Origin: Microbotryum violaceum
Taxonomy: Eukaryota
Length of the DNA stretch: 64,000 bases
Direction of reading: 5' to 3'
Assembly: GCA_001244265.2 (NCBI GenBank)
Contig: CDLV01000008.1
Location: 310,001 to 374,000 of the forward strand
How positions within the stretch are numbered: position 1 is the first letter of the stretch; each line of letters begins with the position of its first letter. Shown here one piece after another: positions 1 through 11,774 of the stretch. Made by a program: the position numbers and the translations under genes. The notes under the pieces are model-generated. The model saw nothing but the letters and a program-made list of their open reading frames with translations, had not been told where the DNA came from and ran no database searches.

Positions 1-1081
1 GTCTCGAAGGGGGCGGGGAAGCCACTCTGGCCCTCAACCTCGTTCAAGAGCGACGAGTGGCGGGCCTCGATCGTCAAGATGGATCCAGAAGCGCCAACGG
101 CGGCGGGAGTCGAGAACTTGGGGGTCGCGCCAAGGTAGGCAGCGGTACCTACGGTCTCTAGAACGCGAGACATATGGACGAACGAGTCGACGGATGCGAG
201 CGCGGCGCCAAAGTCGTACTGGCAAGGCGAGACGGCGTTCTTGCCGAGGCCACTCGCGAGGGCGGTGATGTGATCTTTCTCTTGGATACCGATGGTCTAG
301 ATGCGGCTATGCAGCTTCTTAGAGTAACCGGCCTTGACAAAGTCTTCAAACTTGTACTTGGCAAGCCCTTTGAAGCTGCAGATGCAGGATGCAGTGGACA
401 CAAGCGAGCCGACGGTGAGAGCGCGGACAGAGGAAAAGAGCGGAACGGAGGCATCGAATAAGTCACATGTGGACAGGTACGGCGATACACGGTGCGCATA
501 AAGTAGATGACGTACAAGAAGTTCTTCTCGAGGTACTGTGAGTGAGAAGACAAAACAGCCAAGGCAAAAGTAGGATAACGGTCAGAGCTGATCGAAGAAA
601 CCGCGGGTTGCTCAGCAACTGCGCAGCCGCTGATGCCGAGGCACTGGCAGCCCGCAGGCAGCGAGTTAGACCGACTTCGAGCGTGAGAGCTGTGCGCAAT
701 CAAGGTGGATTTGATTAGTAAGATGGACAAATCGAGTCCGATTGACCGCGTTGGTGTGGGTGCTGTGCGATCGCCGACGGCAAGGAGACAGAGGGGTCAA
801 GTATGCCCTTTGGCGCGCGGGCGCGTTCAAGATTGGGCCTAGCAGATGGGCAGCTACTAGGGGCGGGCGGCGTACCATGGCCGGAAGCAGCGGTCCACTA
901 TGCTCAGGTGCCCTGTTCTTAAAGACTCTACCTGATTACCAAAGTTCATGATCTCGATATCGGTCACCTTGGTTGAGCGCTTGGTGATCTGGATCATGCG
1001 CTCCTGGGAGTCGGTGGTGCCGGCGGCGGCGGGAGAAATGGCGGCGAGGGCCAAGACAGCCAGGGCGAGAACGGAACGCAT
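1..1081 (-). pseudogene. Secreted ferritin-like (Rds1 / desiccation-related Ferritin_2 family) gene with an in-frame TAG; 3' end lies outside the window
   Basis: Signal peptide MRSVLALAVLALAAISPAAA. Exons 1081-940, 689-676 (14 nt), 535-516 (20 nt) and 375-1 give TDIEIMNFALTLEYLEKNFF...KAGY...QEKDHITAL...CQYDF...VLETVGTAAYLGA...GSILTIEARHSS, the Rds1-type four-helix motifs. In-frame TAG at 299-297. Confidence 0.8.
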
Positions 1082-3270
1082 GTTGACGATGAAAATGAGT
1101 GTGGGTGGGCATTGAAAAACGAGTGTGGATGGTGCTGGAAGCGAGCCGAAGAACAGTCAGTAGTGCAGAAGAGGCGAAGGTAAGAGCGAGAGAAACGATG
1201 GCTGAAGCAGCTCAAAGAAGAATGTTCGGAAGCCGCTGGAGCGAAGTTTTCGGAGCCGACGATGGCAACACGCCTTGGATCAGCACAATCGCCGCTTAAG
1301 CTCTCATTGATAACCTTGCCCTTGCGCAGGACGGCCTTTGGCGAACGCCTAGCTCTAGGAAGCGCTACAGCTTCGCACCATTCGGAATAAGATTTGCTAC
1401 TCACAAGCGATATGTTCCGGTGTATATCATCGATATACGTACACGGTACAGATAATTTTATGCAACAACTTTTCGTCGGCCGCGATTTGCACATGGACTT
1501 TGCCCGCGCCGTCGAGCCGCGATCTGTTCGTTCAACCGAGACGATGACTGCCGCGAGCTTGATTGCCGCTGGCCACTTTCCGTCGGTCAGCGTAATAGTC
1601 CGCTGTCCGAGTTGCACCGAGTGGTGGATGGTCCCATGAGAAGAAGCTGCTTTCACTTTGGTTTTAGCGCGAGGGAACGGCGCCCGGGTGAGCCAAATGC
1701 GTGACAAAAAAGACCTAAAAAGATTGGCCCCCACTTTACGCGTCGAAGCGGGTGACACTGGCCCGCGCTCGCCTGCACGCGGTGAAGGCACGCAGTAGGC
1801 AGAGGGCCTTCTTAACGTTGCATAATCATGTGTTTCAGATGATACTGGACCTTCCTATGGGAAACGATAGATATCTAATACCTGGATATCATGACCCAAT
1901 AGTAGTAGTAGTCTAGATCTGCCTCCCTGGAGGCTTTTCGTTTCAGTGTGGGCTTGTGAAAATCCTCCCCTCGGCTCTACTCAGGTTCTCAGCCAAAATC
2001 AATTCACGGCGTGGGCTCAAATCCAATTGCAGGATGATTTTAGCGTGTCCGGGACACGAGGAAAAAGAGCTCAACCGGAACTGAGGCATTCATGAGCCGG
2101 ATAAGGTTGACGGGTCGTCCAAGGACCGACCAGCCGACTCGTAGAGTGAGAGGTGTGACCCCTTGTGGATCGAAGCGAGGAGCGATGAAAGGCGATGCCG
2201 AACAGTAACCTCTGAGCAGTAGCAAGAACAGTTTAATTGCGACAGAGATTCTAACGGTCAAGAACGACAGGTTTTATATTTTGCTTCTCAGAGGCGCGTG
2301 CACCCCCGCAGCTAACGCGTTGACCCCGATCGTCCCTCAACATTCTGGACGCAATTGAGTGACGGACGGCGACCACAAGATCGAAAGGCTCTTTTCCCCC
2401 AGACACGTGGGTGTTCGAGACCAATCAAAGAGGGAAGAACGCTCCTTCCGAGAACTGTGTCTCTTCTCATGCGTCGAAGTAGTTAATTACTAATGCTCAG
2501 ACACAGGCTAGTACACGCCCAAGCCCTTTCTGCGGGATTTTCCCGCGAGATTGCTTGAGCGCAGGCGGATTACGGGATATCCAGGACCTTGACAGAGTGG
2601 TGTCTCAGGCGGGAGACTTCCCCGTCTGTAAACCAGCCGGGTGACGACCTGGGAATCCTGTGGAGACCTTTAGGAGTGCAGGTGCCAGGTTTTGCTTGCG
2701 ATTCCATTCTCGCGTTATCATATACTACATTTATAGCACCACTTTATCCATTTGGAGAGCGTACAGTGAAAGCATTAGAAAGCCTTACAGGATCTATCTC
2801 GCAGGGAGCACCCCCTACTAAAAACACTATAAAAAGCCCCTTATCCACATTAGAATCAGGAATGAAAACATTAAAACCCAAAAAGGCTGCAATTTTGGAC
2901 CCAATGAAGCAGTTCTGTAGGCCTTCTGGTATCTAACTCGGACACCTGAGCAAGTACCTGGGGGATCAGATTGGAAGGTTGCCATTTAGGTGAGGTCAGC
3001 CCAGCTGCCTCCCGTGTTACCAATTCGAAACTATCCCGGGCTCACCTCAGGTCCACGATCTCGAATCATGAGCACTCCTGCGCTAATCCGCTGTGGATGC
3101 TGTCAATTGCGACTCTGATTAGTCTGAACAATCAAGTCATCGAACACGGCAAGTGCGCGAAGGTCCGATCAGCGTGACGAAACTGAGAATAGGTGAGCAC
3201 TGAGGACCAAATGCAGTGGCATTGCCAGCCTTGACTGACCTTTGCAGCTTGATAAATGCCGAGTGGTCTT

Positions 3271-3504
3271 AGCAACAAGTAGGAACATTTGCGACTGGGC
3301 ATCGTCCTTCGTAGTCTGCATTCGCGCGAGAGGCTGCTTCCAGTCCTTGGAATCTTTGGCGGTGCCGAACTTCGAGGCAGCGGCCGAGCGGCGAGTTGGC
3401 TCGACGTACTTGGTCCAAAGGTAACTGAAGGAAGGCAGCAGCCTCTCGCGCGATTGCAGACTACGAAGGACGATGCCCAGTCGCAAATGTTCCTACTTGT
3501 TGCT
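3271..3504. repeat. Fold-back inverted repeat (~70-bp arms, ~90-bp spacer); MITE-like or hairpin-RNA locus
   Basis: 3271-3341 (agcaacaagtaggaacatttgcgactgggcatcg...) is the reverse complement of ~3434-3504 with 2 mismatches. No clear TSD. Confidence 0.9.
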
Positions 3505-4856
3505 TCATTGTTGGGGAATGATACCCAGGTAGGATCCCCAACACCGATACCTTGCAGTTGGACTTGTTCTTTGTGCACATTCGTCTTGAAATGGGCCCGG
3601 GCTTGGGCAAGGCTCAGCCGTCGATCCTTATGTCGAGGGCAGACTGCGCAGCGGTATCCGATGCTCCTGGAAGAATTCGTTATGCTGATGATTGCTTCTG
3701 TGGTAGCGAAGGCAGCAAAGAATCGAAGTTTGAGCCACAGTCAGTGCGTCGAAAATGCGCGGCGCGTGCGACCACAAGCATCATGAGCAACCTGATTTCT
3801 CTACAAGATCATCGAAGAAGCGTTAATCCGAATCCAGCCTCTCGGATACTGACATAGTGCGTAAGTAAGTTGTACGCCGTAAGGGTCGATTGAAATGGGT
3901 AGCACAAGGCCAAAAAGCGGGGCGCGACTTTCTCCAATAAGGCGAATCGTCTCGGTGACTCTCCGGAGCAATTGCAAGATGGCCCCTCCGCGGCTGACGC
4001 GTCGAGTACCTGGCCAAAGATCAACTTGCTTACATTTTAAATGCTGGACTGTGTAACGATAAATGTTGCAGTATTTTCCTCGGATTGCTAGTCATGAAGC
4101 CGACCATTCCAGCTTTTTTTGATGTCGTGATACACTCAGATGAAGCAGACCACTTAATGGGCAAAGCCAACGAATCCCTCCTGGGTCGTCGTTTTCATGA
4201 TCGGGTTATTCACCCCGACCACAGCGTCTGATCCTCAGCAGCTCATGATCCCCCGCGAGTTCTCGCGGGGGCCTCAGGTGAAACCCACCTGGGAACTTCG
4301 TGATGAAGCCAATCTGGCCGCAGCTCAGCGGCGCGCCTGGGAATCCCGCGCCGCAGGGTTGGGGTAGCTGAACGTGGGTTGAGCCACTGTTACCGCATTC
4401 TTTCTTCTCTTGGACGCGCCCGGCCCGTGGACCGTCCATGCGCTTTATACCTAACGCAATACGAGGATGTGAAAGGATGGATGGCCCGGAGAAACAAGCG
4501 AATGATGGAGTACTGCTTCGTGCTTTTATATGGTTTGCTTTTGTATGGTTCTACCACAGGTCTGAACTGCCTGATTTCCGGAAGCCGACACGTCCTGGAC
4601 CGGATGCGTCACGGCTCAGCCGAGGCTAGGTCGACAGATCAGTTCTTAATCCACGAGAGAACTGTCATTTAGGAGATTCAATCGGTTCCATTCTTTCACA
4701 GATATTAGGCACGCAACGCGGCAGCACCTTTCACACCGAGAAGTGTTAAGGAAAGTGCAAGAAAGTCAATCTCGTATCTAGTATTCTTGGGTTTCTCACG
4801 ATACCTTTTCCTTCGTGCTGCTTGTGTGTGTATGTTCTGAATTGCAATTACTACGA

Positions 4857-6499
4857 TTACTTGCCCAACCTTTGCCTCAAAGCTCGTTGCGCCTTTCTGT
4901 CAAACCCGATGAAAACCCGGTGAAGAGGGGGCGATCATCAGCTCTCCAAATGCATCAAACTTTAAAACCAATCAGAATTACATCAAACACATACCTCCTC
5001 TTCTTGTACTTGTGCTTGGTGATCTTCTTCTTCCTCTTCCGCCTTGTCGAATCAAGCTGGACCTCCTCGTGAGAGTTCGCAGCGTCTGCCTCGTCGACCC
5101 AGTCCAGATCGACCATCTCGGCGGCCAAGAAGACGTCGTTGGGGCCGTTAGCCTTGAAATCAGCGACTTGCCATCCTTTCGACTGGGTGGTCCACAGCCG
5201 TAATCGACCATTCTGGAACGACGAAAACGAAGACCGAGAGCGCTGCTTGCGTCCGCTTGGACCGGCGTAGGATCGGGCCGCTCGCTCGAGCTTGTTCGAC
5301 ACGAGCGCATGAAAGTCGCGCTCGGCATGCCAACGATGTAGGAACAAGGCAGAAGAGAGGAATCGTTCGGTATGCTTTCGAGCTTCGAGAGGGCTGAGAG
5401 GGTTCGCAAGCTGGGTTGCGAAGAGCGATGACGGAGACGACAAAGGGGATGCAGATGGCGTCGACGATTGCGGTGCAGTCCTTGCGGTCTTAGGCTCAAA
5501 AGGTCGCAAGTAGGAAATGTTGGATAGGGTCTGAGGCGAGTGCGGGCTGGCTTTGGTCGAGGATGTCGACTCGGCCACGAGCGCGGGCGGGGGAGGGGCC
5601 ACGAACGGCGACTGCGCTGCGAGATACCGTGCGACCGAGATTGCATGCTCAGTGCCTTCACGTTCACCGATCAACCAAGCATCGTAAGGGTCGTCTTGGT
5701 TCTCCTCGAGAACGCGCATCGTCTGCTCGTGCTCCTGCGCGGCCTCGTCGGCCTGCTTGAGCTCGATCTCGCGTTCTTCCTCAGCTGTACGCAGGGGCTC
5801 GATGGGCTTGCGTTCGCCGACCATGGTGAAGTAAGGTACCCCAATGGGCTTGCCGTCGGGTCCGAGGTCGACGACCTCAGCCAGCTCGCTGTCACCCTCA
5901 AAGTCGGCGACGCTGACCTCTTCTTGACCGTCGGTCTCGCTCGCCTTGATCAGGGCCTCGAGCGTGGTATAAGAGGTCGAGTTCGCCGGAGAGGTCGATT
6001 TGCGGAGATCAAGACGTATCGGAAGTTCGAGCAGTGGGCGTCCGGCGGCAAAGAAGCTGTCGAGGCCGACGAGGGAGGGAGTGACGTGCGGCAGGGTGGC
6101 GTGGGCGTGGGCGGGTCGAGGTGTGGCCGCAAGCTGCTGGGCATTGGGGGCTGCGGATGTGGTGTGTAACGTGGAGGCAGGGGATGCTGCAACGTCATGA
6201 ACGGTGGTGGTGGCGGTGGAGGCGGAGGTAGTGGCCGTAGTGGCAGTGGTCGCATCAGCTCGCTTCGCTTGCTTGACCGCTGTTGCGCTCCTAGCACTGT
6301 TCCTGCCTCTCGACGAGTTGCTGCCGTTCGCTTTCGAGCTGAACGAACATCTCCTCTGTGCGGCTGACTTGGTCGACTGCTGTGCGAGCAGGTCCGAGGA
6401 AAGGAGTTGAGGCCTCGACAGCGAGCGATAAGACGGGTTGAAGAAGCGCGGCGTGGGTGCTTTGGCTCGCACCACCGGAAGTGTCGGTATACGCAGCAT
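4857..6499 (-). CDS. COX24: Mitochondrial small-subunit protein mS38 / Cox24-like (DUF1713 C-terminus)
   Basis: Presequence-like start MLRIPTLPVVRAK (an in-frame upstream ATG also exists at 6604). C-terminal VQLDSTRRKRKKKITKHKYKKRR, then a GTATGT intron and last exon RKAQRALRQRLGK-TAA. Confidence 0.8.
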
Positions 6500-7136
6500 G
6501 ATGACGATCGACTGCACCTCTCGTGCACTGACGGCGCCTTGGTGGATGAGGGGTGAGGTGGGTTCGATGTGTCGAGAGAGAGAGAGAGAGGAAAGCGAGG
6601 TCATCAGCGTCGCGCGCCGCGGTAGCTCGAATTGAACGAGACCTAATCTGACCTAATGAAGCAGATCTGGGCTCGGCGGCGGGTAAGTAATTGGTTATGG
6701 TGCGAGGCGGTCCTTTTGCTTGTGTGCGAGTCCAACAGTGCAGTGGCCTTCGCAGTTGCAGCTGGAATGATGGACTGAGCACTTCATTGTGGTCAAGATA
6801 AACCTGATAGGGGCCTTCATACATTCTCGTACTCTATCATAGTTTTGTTTACATGCGAGTTGACCACTACCGTGCGGAAGAGCTAAATTCAGCCAATGAC
6901 TTGAATCGTGCAATTGAGCTTTCTTTACTAACTTTGCTCTTGATTGGAAAGGCCTCGGAAAGCCCTGGGACGCCGACGCCAGCCGACGCCGAGTGGATGG
7001 TTGACTCTACGCCGAACCACCCGAGTTACCGCACCCCCACATCCGACATCCTGCTCGCCCTAAGAACGGCGCCCGACCCGCTACGCACCATCTAGACCCG
7101 TTCTGGGAGATTAATCAAACCCGAAACTCATCATCT

Positions 7137-8495
7137 ATGAAGGTCACAGTCGTATTAACGGCAGCGCTGGCGCTCGCGAGCGGAGTTGACGTGGCCACCG
7201 CGGCGACCTTCAGCTCGAAGCAGGTCAAGCAGCTCACCGGCAAGAATTTCAAGCGTCTCGTACAGGGATCACCCGTGAGTCTGGATTAGGCAGCATTCAT
7301 ATCCTGTGGTCACTGCCTCAGTCGACTGACAGGCCGCCTCCAATACCCTACGTCCACCGCCCCCCGTGGAACCTTTCAGAAACTTACGCTCGCCGCGTTC
7401 TTCGCCCCGTGGTCCGTGCCCCATAACCTTCGGGAAAGCATCCCACAAATGCGAAATCTGATATCTGATCTTTACCTCATCTCACTAGGTGCGGATACTG
7501 CAAGAAGTTGGGCCCCGAATACGACCGCGCGGCCGAGAATCTCAAGGGACTCGTCAATCTCGGTCGGTTTCTCGCCGTCAAACGGGCTGACCGAGCCCTC
7601 GAATTCGGCAGTGTACACGCTAACTTACGCAGCTTTGCAACCCTCTCTTAGTTGCCGTCGACTGTGATGCGGAGGAGAACAAATCCTTCTGCGCAGCCGA
7701 GGGCGTACAAGGTCCGTGCCTCTTCTCGCAGATCCCCGAAATCTGCTGTCCGTCCGAGCTGACGAGATCTTCTTTTATGACCATGATCAGGGTTCCCCAC
7801 CCTCAAAGTCTACCCCGGTGGCTCGGCGCCTCCTTCTTGTTAGTCCTGGTCACCGTTCATCGAATTGTATCGCGAATGGCCGCAATTGTGAGGGCGATTG
7901 CTGACCACGTCATCATCCTGGCAGCTTACGACGGAGCCCGAGAGGCCAAGCCGATGGTCGATTACCTCACCGCGAGGATGCCCACGTTCGTCAAGCGAGC
8001 CACGGCACTCCAGGAAGTCGAAGCTTTGAAGGCAAAGGTATGAACCCGTTATGCAGGTGTCAACACTCGGCTTAGATGGCAGGCAAGCTGTGCCGGCCGA
8101 TTGACACCTGGGCCTTTTTCTATAGGCGCAAGACAAGCCCATCTCGTTGCTCTTCACGGCTGCGGCATCGGTGACCCCCATGTACAAGGCCCTCTCGGCC
8201 GACTTTCACAAGACGCTCGACTTTTATGCGGCCCGAGAGGCCAAGGTTGGTAAGGAGGCGATGGCTCTCTTTGGTGTGGACAAGGTGCCGGCACTTTTGG
8301 TTCTCGATGGTGACAAGGTGACGAAATATGACGGTGAGTTATTGGCAGCTACTGCCAGATTCCACTCATGACTAGAATCTCAGTACGTATGGCTGGCTAA
8401 TGGAACGTATTGGTGCAGGTCCTCTCAAGTATGACGCGCTCAACGCATGGCTCAAGCCCTTTGCGACCAAAAAGGGCAAGAAGGACGAACTTTGA
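7137..8495 (+). CDS. ER protein disulfide isomerase family protein (Mpd1-like, single active thioredoxin domain)
   Basis: Eight exons with GT-AG junctions: signal peptide MKVTVVLTAALALASG, FFAPWCGYCKKL active site, AVDCD, VQGFPTLKVY, C-terminal KKDEL-TGA. Confidence 0.88.
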
Positions 8496-8613
8496 TACGA
8501 CAGATCATGGGGAGTGATATATACCATTGCGAATGTGTAATTTCAACAACACTTTGCACTTCTAGTCGAGTCACAAGGCCATGGCTCTACAAAGACCAAG
8601 CTTGTCAAATCCT

Positions 8614-9244
8614 CTAAGCCTCTTCCTCGCCTCGGGGTCCACCGTACCTCCTTCCTCGCCAATCCCTTCTCCATTCCCCGCGACCCGAGGTAGCCTTGTT
8701 GTTCGTGTCCTTGCCTTCGTCGAGCGACAGACTTGTCGATGCAATGGTCGCACTCGCGAGTGAAGCCTTGTCGTCACTACGGATTCGATCCCTCAAATCG
8801 TAATTCTCCTGCCTCAACTTGTAGATCTTGTTAGACGCCCAAACACTCACCCCTCCAACGAGGAGGAGAGGGAAGAAGCGAGGACCGGATCGACGGCAGG
8901 ATCGGTACAGTTCGACGGTGTAGGGCTGATGAGGGTGGAGATTGGGCTGGATGGTTTGGTAGTGAGGGTGGAAGGAAGCGTGAGGAACTTGAGGGGGTAG
9001 ATGATGGCTGATGACTCGCAGGATGAAGAGGAAAGTCGAAATCATATGCTGAGTTTGGAAGGAAGCTTATTGATAAGTCGACTCACCTAGCTGCAGCGCT
9101 AGCTACATTGTTCGCAAGCGCTTCGGCGGCCGTCCCAGCCGCAGAGGGGGCACCGGCGGCGGTCGCCGTAGCGCCCATCCAGGGGTTCCCAGCGGGCATG
9201 GGAGGCATCGCGCCTGGGTAAGAGGTGAAGCGATACCAGTACAT
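8614..9244 (-). CDS. Hypothetical protein (183 aa) with one predicted TM segment followed by a short coiled coil
   Basis: Exon 9244-9087 (MYWYRFTSYPGAMPP...), GTGAGT intron, exon 9007-8614 in frame (RFFPLLLVGGVSVWA...KLRQENYDLRDRI). Total 552 nt. Confidence 0.55.
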
Positions 9245-9766
9245 GATATGATGGATGTTCGGTGTGGTGCGAGAGATTGATTGAGTTAATCTTGAGTTGA
9301 TTGTGAAGGAATGAGAAGAAGAAAGAGATCCAATGATATGGTCTACGATGTTGAACAGTCACCCCTTGGTCTCCGAGCTCGGCGATGGTGTTCCGGGCCG
9401 CGACGACGAAGCACTTCGGCAAGATGGCCTTACTCTCAGCTTCGGGGCACCAGCAGCACCGTCGCGCTCCTTGGGCTTATTCGGGCTTTCTCTGGCACTT
9501 ACTGACGACGCGTAAGCTTTTCGCACTTTCATACAGCGTTGTTGTGCAAGATCTTGCGGGTGCATGACTGATCATCCTGTGCCAAGTGGGTAGCAAATGG
9601 TGGCGTCCGTAGCCCTGCACTCCTTCGGGACAGCTCGGGTCCCTTGGGATATAGCGAGGGTTTACTGTACGGGTTGGAGCCTAAATGAGATCAAAAACCT
9701 TGCCCGAGATATGATACGCCGATAGCACGGTGTGGCGAATTGCAAAGGGACACCACCACTACGATT

Positions 9767-10957
9767 TCAGAATCGCGTAAACTCGACCAAGCTTCCCGGC
9801 CCCTGAGGTGGTCGCGCAAGCATGACAGCCTGGTCCGGCAGCCTCTCCATTCTCATCACCTCCCTCCGGATGTAGCGCACCATCTTCTCCAAAGTGACCG
9901 CAAACTCTAGGTCGGGGTCTTCGGGGTAGAGCGGCGTTTGGTCGACTCGCTTGGGATCGATAATGGGCGTATCGGTGGTGAAGACTTCAGAGGGAGCTTG
10001 ATCTTTCTTGAGCACTTTGGTTTGGACTGGATCGACGGCGAAAGGGTTCGGGTTCGGGCCCAATTTGGGAACCTCACCCGTCTTGGGTGCTCGCTTGCCC
10101 TTGACACCTCCGACACCACCCCATCCTGCCCCGAAAATGTTGCGCCACAACGCCGCAGCGAGAACGGCATCGCTCGAGATGAGCCCCTCGTCGTACGCGG
10201 CGCACGAGCCATGGTATTGCTCGAGCATATCCTTCATGTAGCCCTTGATCAGCTTGCTCTGTGTGACGGCGTAGGGACCTCGAATGCGCAATTCGACGTC
10301 GATGAAGAAATGGTTGATGAGCTCTTGCACGTAGGCTCGACCGAGCGGCGGCGGTAGCGATCGGAATCGAACTGAGAGCAACCAGACGTGCAGGGTCGTG
10401 ACCGAGAACCAGGTTTGGAACGAAGGCGGAAGAGAGCATTCTGGAGCAATACAACATGAATGACGTCGTGTCAGCGATCGCGAGTGAGGTCCTCGTATCG
10501 GTTGTACCGATCGACCGTGCGACCGATCTTTCCCACTCGACTGACCCTCATAAAAGAAAGGTGCCTCGATCTCTCCTCGCTCGGCACATCGATCGTAGTA
10601 GTCCGAGGTGGTGCGAATCGCGGTAGATGTTTGCGAATGGTAGCCAAACAATTTGGCGACCTTGGTGACGATCGACACGGTCAACGGCGAATACTTGCCT
10701 GCTCCGGGCAGGTTCGATCCAGGTAGATTCGTCGGTTGAGGTTTGGCCGTTGGTCGATCGACAGAAGGGGAAGGGGCACTCGTACTGGTGCTAGTCGACG
10801 CCGATGACGAGGGGGACGGTGACGATGACGGGGATGAGCTCGTGGAGGAGTAAGGCCGTAGCGCGGTCGCCGCGGCGTACCATGGCTGTGCGGCGAGGGG
10901 TCGAGTCGATCGTGTTGTCAATGCTCGAGCAGCCGCGATCCTACTCGTTGAGCTCAT
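9767..10957 (-). CDS. CBP3: Ubiquinol-cytochrome c reductase chaperone Cbp3
   Basis: Mitochondrial presequence; LPPSFQTWFSVTTLHVWLLSVRFR, QELINHFFIDVE, YDEGLISSDAVLAAALWRNIF. One in-frame intron (~10545-10441). Confidence 0.92.
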   Translation of the reverse strand: MSSTSRIAAARALTTRSTRPLAAQPWYAAATALRPYSSTSSSPSSSPSPSSSASTSTSTSAPSPSVDRPTAKPQPTNLPGSNLPGAGKYSPLTVSIVTKVAKLFGYHSQTSTAIRTTSDYYDRCAERGEIEAPFFYEGQSSGKDRSHGRSVQPIRGPHSRSLTRRHSCCIAPECSLPPSFQTWFSVTTLHVWLLSVRFRSLPPPLGRAYVQELINHFFIDVELRIRGPYAVTQSKLIKGYMKDMLEQYHGSCAAYDEGLISSDAVLAAALWRNIFGAGWGGVGGVKGKRAPKTGEVPKLGPNPNPFAVDPVQTKVLKKDQAPSEVFTTDTPIIDPKRVDQTPLYPEDPDLEFAVTLEKMVRYIRREVMRMERLPDQAVMLARPPQGPGSLVEFTRF

Positions 10958-11774
10958 GTTGTGTATGAGATGGAAGCGTACACGCGGGGGGTGGCAACGC
11001 GCGGAGTGGGGGTCACGAGATCAGATTGGGATGCGCTCGAGATCGCGAGAGTGAGCCGCCCTGCGAAACCGGCAATCGGGACAAACGTGCCCCAAGGAAC
11101 ACCGATTTTGAGCTTGGACCAGCTCGTCGGGCGAGGTGCTAAGTTCAGGCTGTATCGATATCGGTCGGACCAGTACGAGTGTCCTTTGCCTAACCTTAAC
11201 TTCACAAACTCAGTGCTTGGGTACCCGCTTCGCCATGATAAATTGGCTACATGGGCCGAGCAGCGTTGCCTTTTCTGACCGGAGCACCGCTGTAGTAAGC
11301 CTGGAATCGTGAATTACCAAGCACTGCAGAAAGCGGATCAGCCAGTGCCCATGATGATTCATGTAGACTTGGTTTAGAGCGGATAGACAGTGGTTACCTT
11401 TGGTGTGCCAAACGATCAAAAGTCTACCTAAGCTGCTGATATGGTCCCGGACGATTTGCAAAGACTGCCAAGCGCAGCCTGGGCGGGATCGGACTCCGCC
11501 GACGGCGCAACCGCTCTCGATCCCCTCCGCTTCCGCACCTTCTCTTCCTTCTGTCCCTTCCATCCCACTCAACCCCCTCGATCCAAAGCTGGCGTATCCC
11601 TCCCAGCTTGTAGCACGTCAAATCTTCCCTCTATTCTCCCGATCCATCGTCGGTATCCGCCCACGCAACGCAGCCACTTCCCTCGCTCGAGTGCTCCCCA
11701 CATTCAGGTCCAGCACCACCCGCTCCGATCGACGCTCTCCTAACCCCCGCGGACTTGCCACTTCGTCCCGCATC

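Noticed and set aside
2581-2965. Possible hAT-like remnant (CCAGGACCTTG ... CAAGTACCTGG ends, AT-rich interior)
   Set aside because: The terminal match is short and imperfect, and the flanks (gggatat / gggatca) are not a clean 8-bp TSD.
3132-3786. Overlapping ORFs with near-identical peptides on both strands
   Set aside because: Artefact of the 3271-3504 inverted repeat; not genes.
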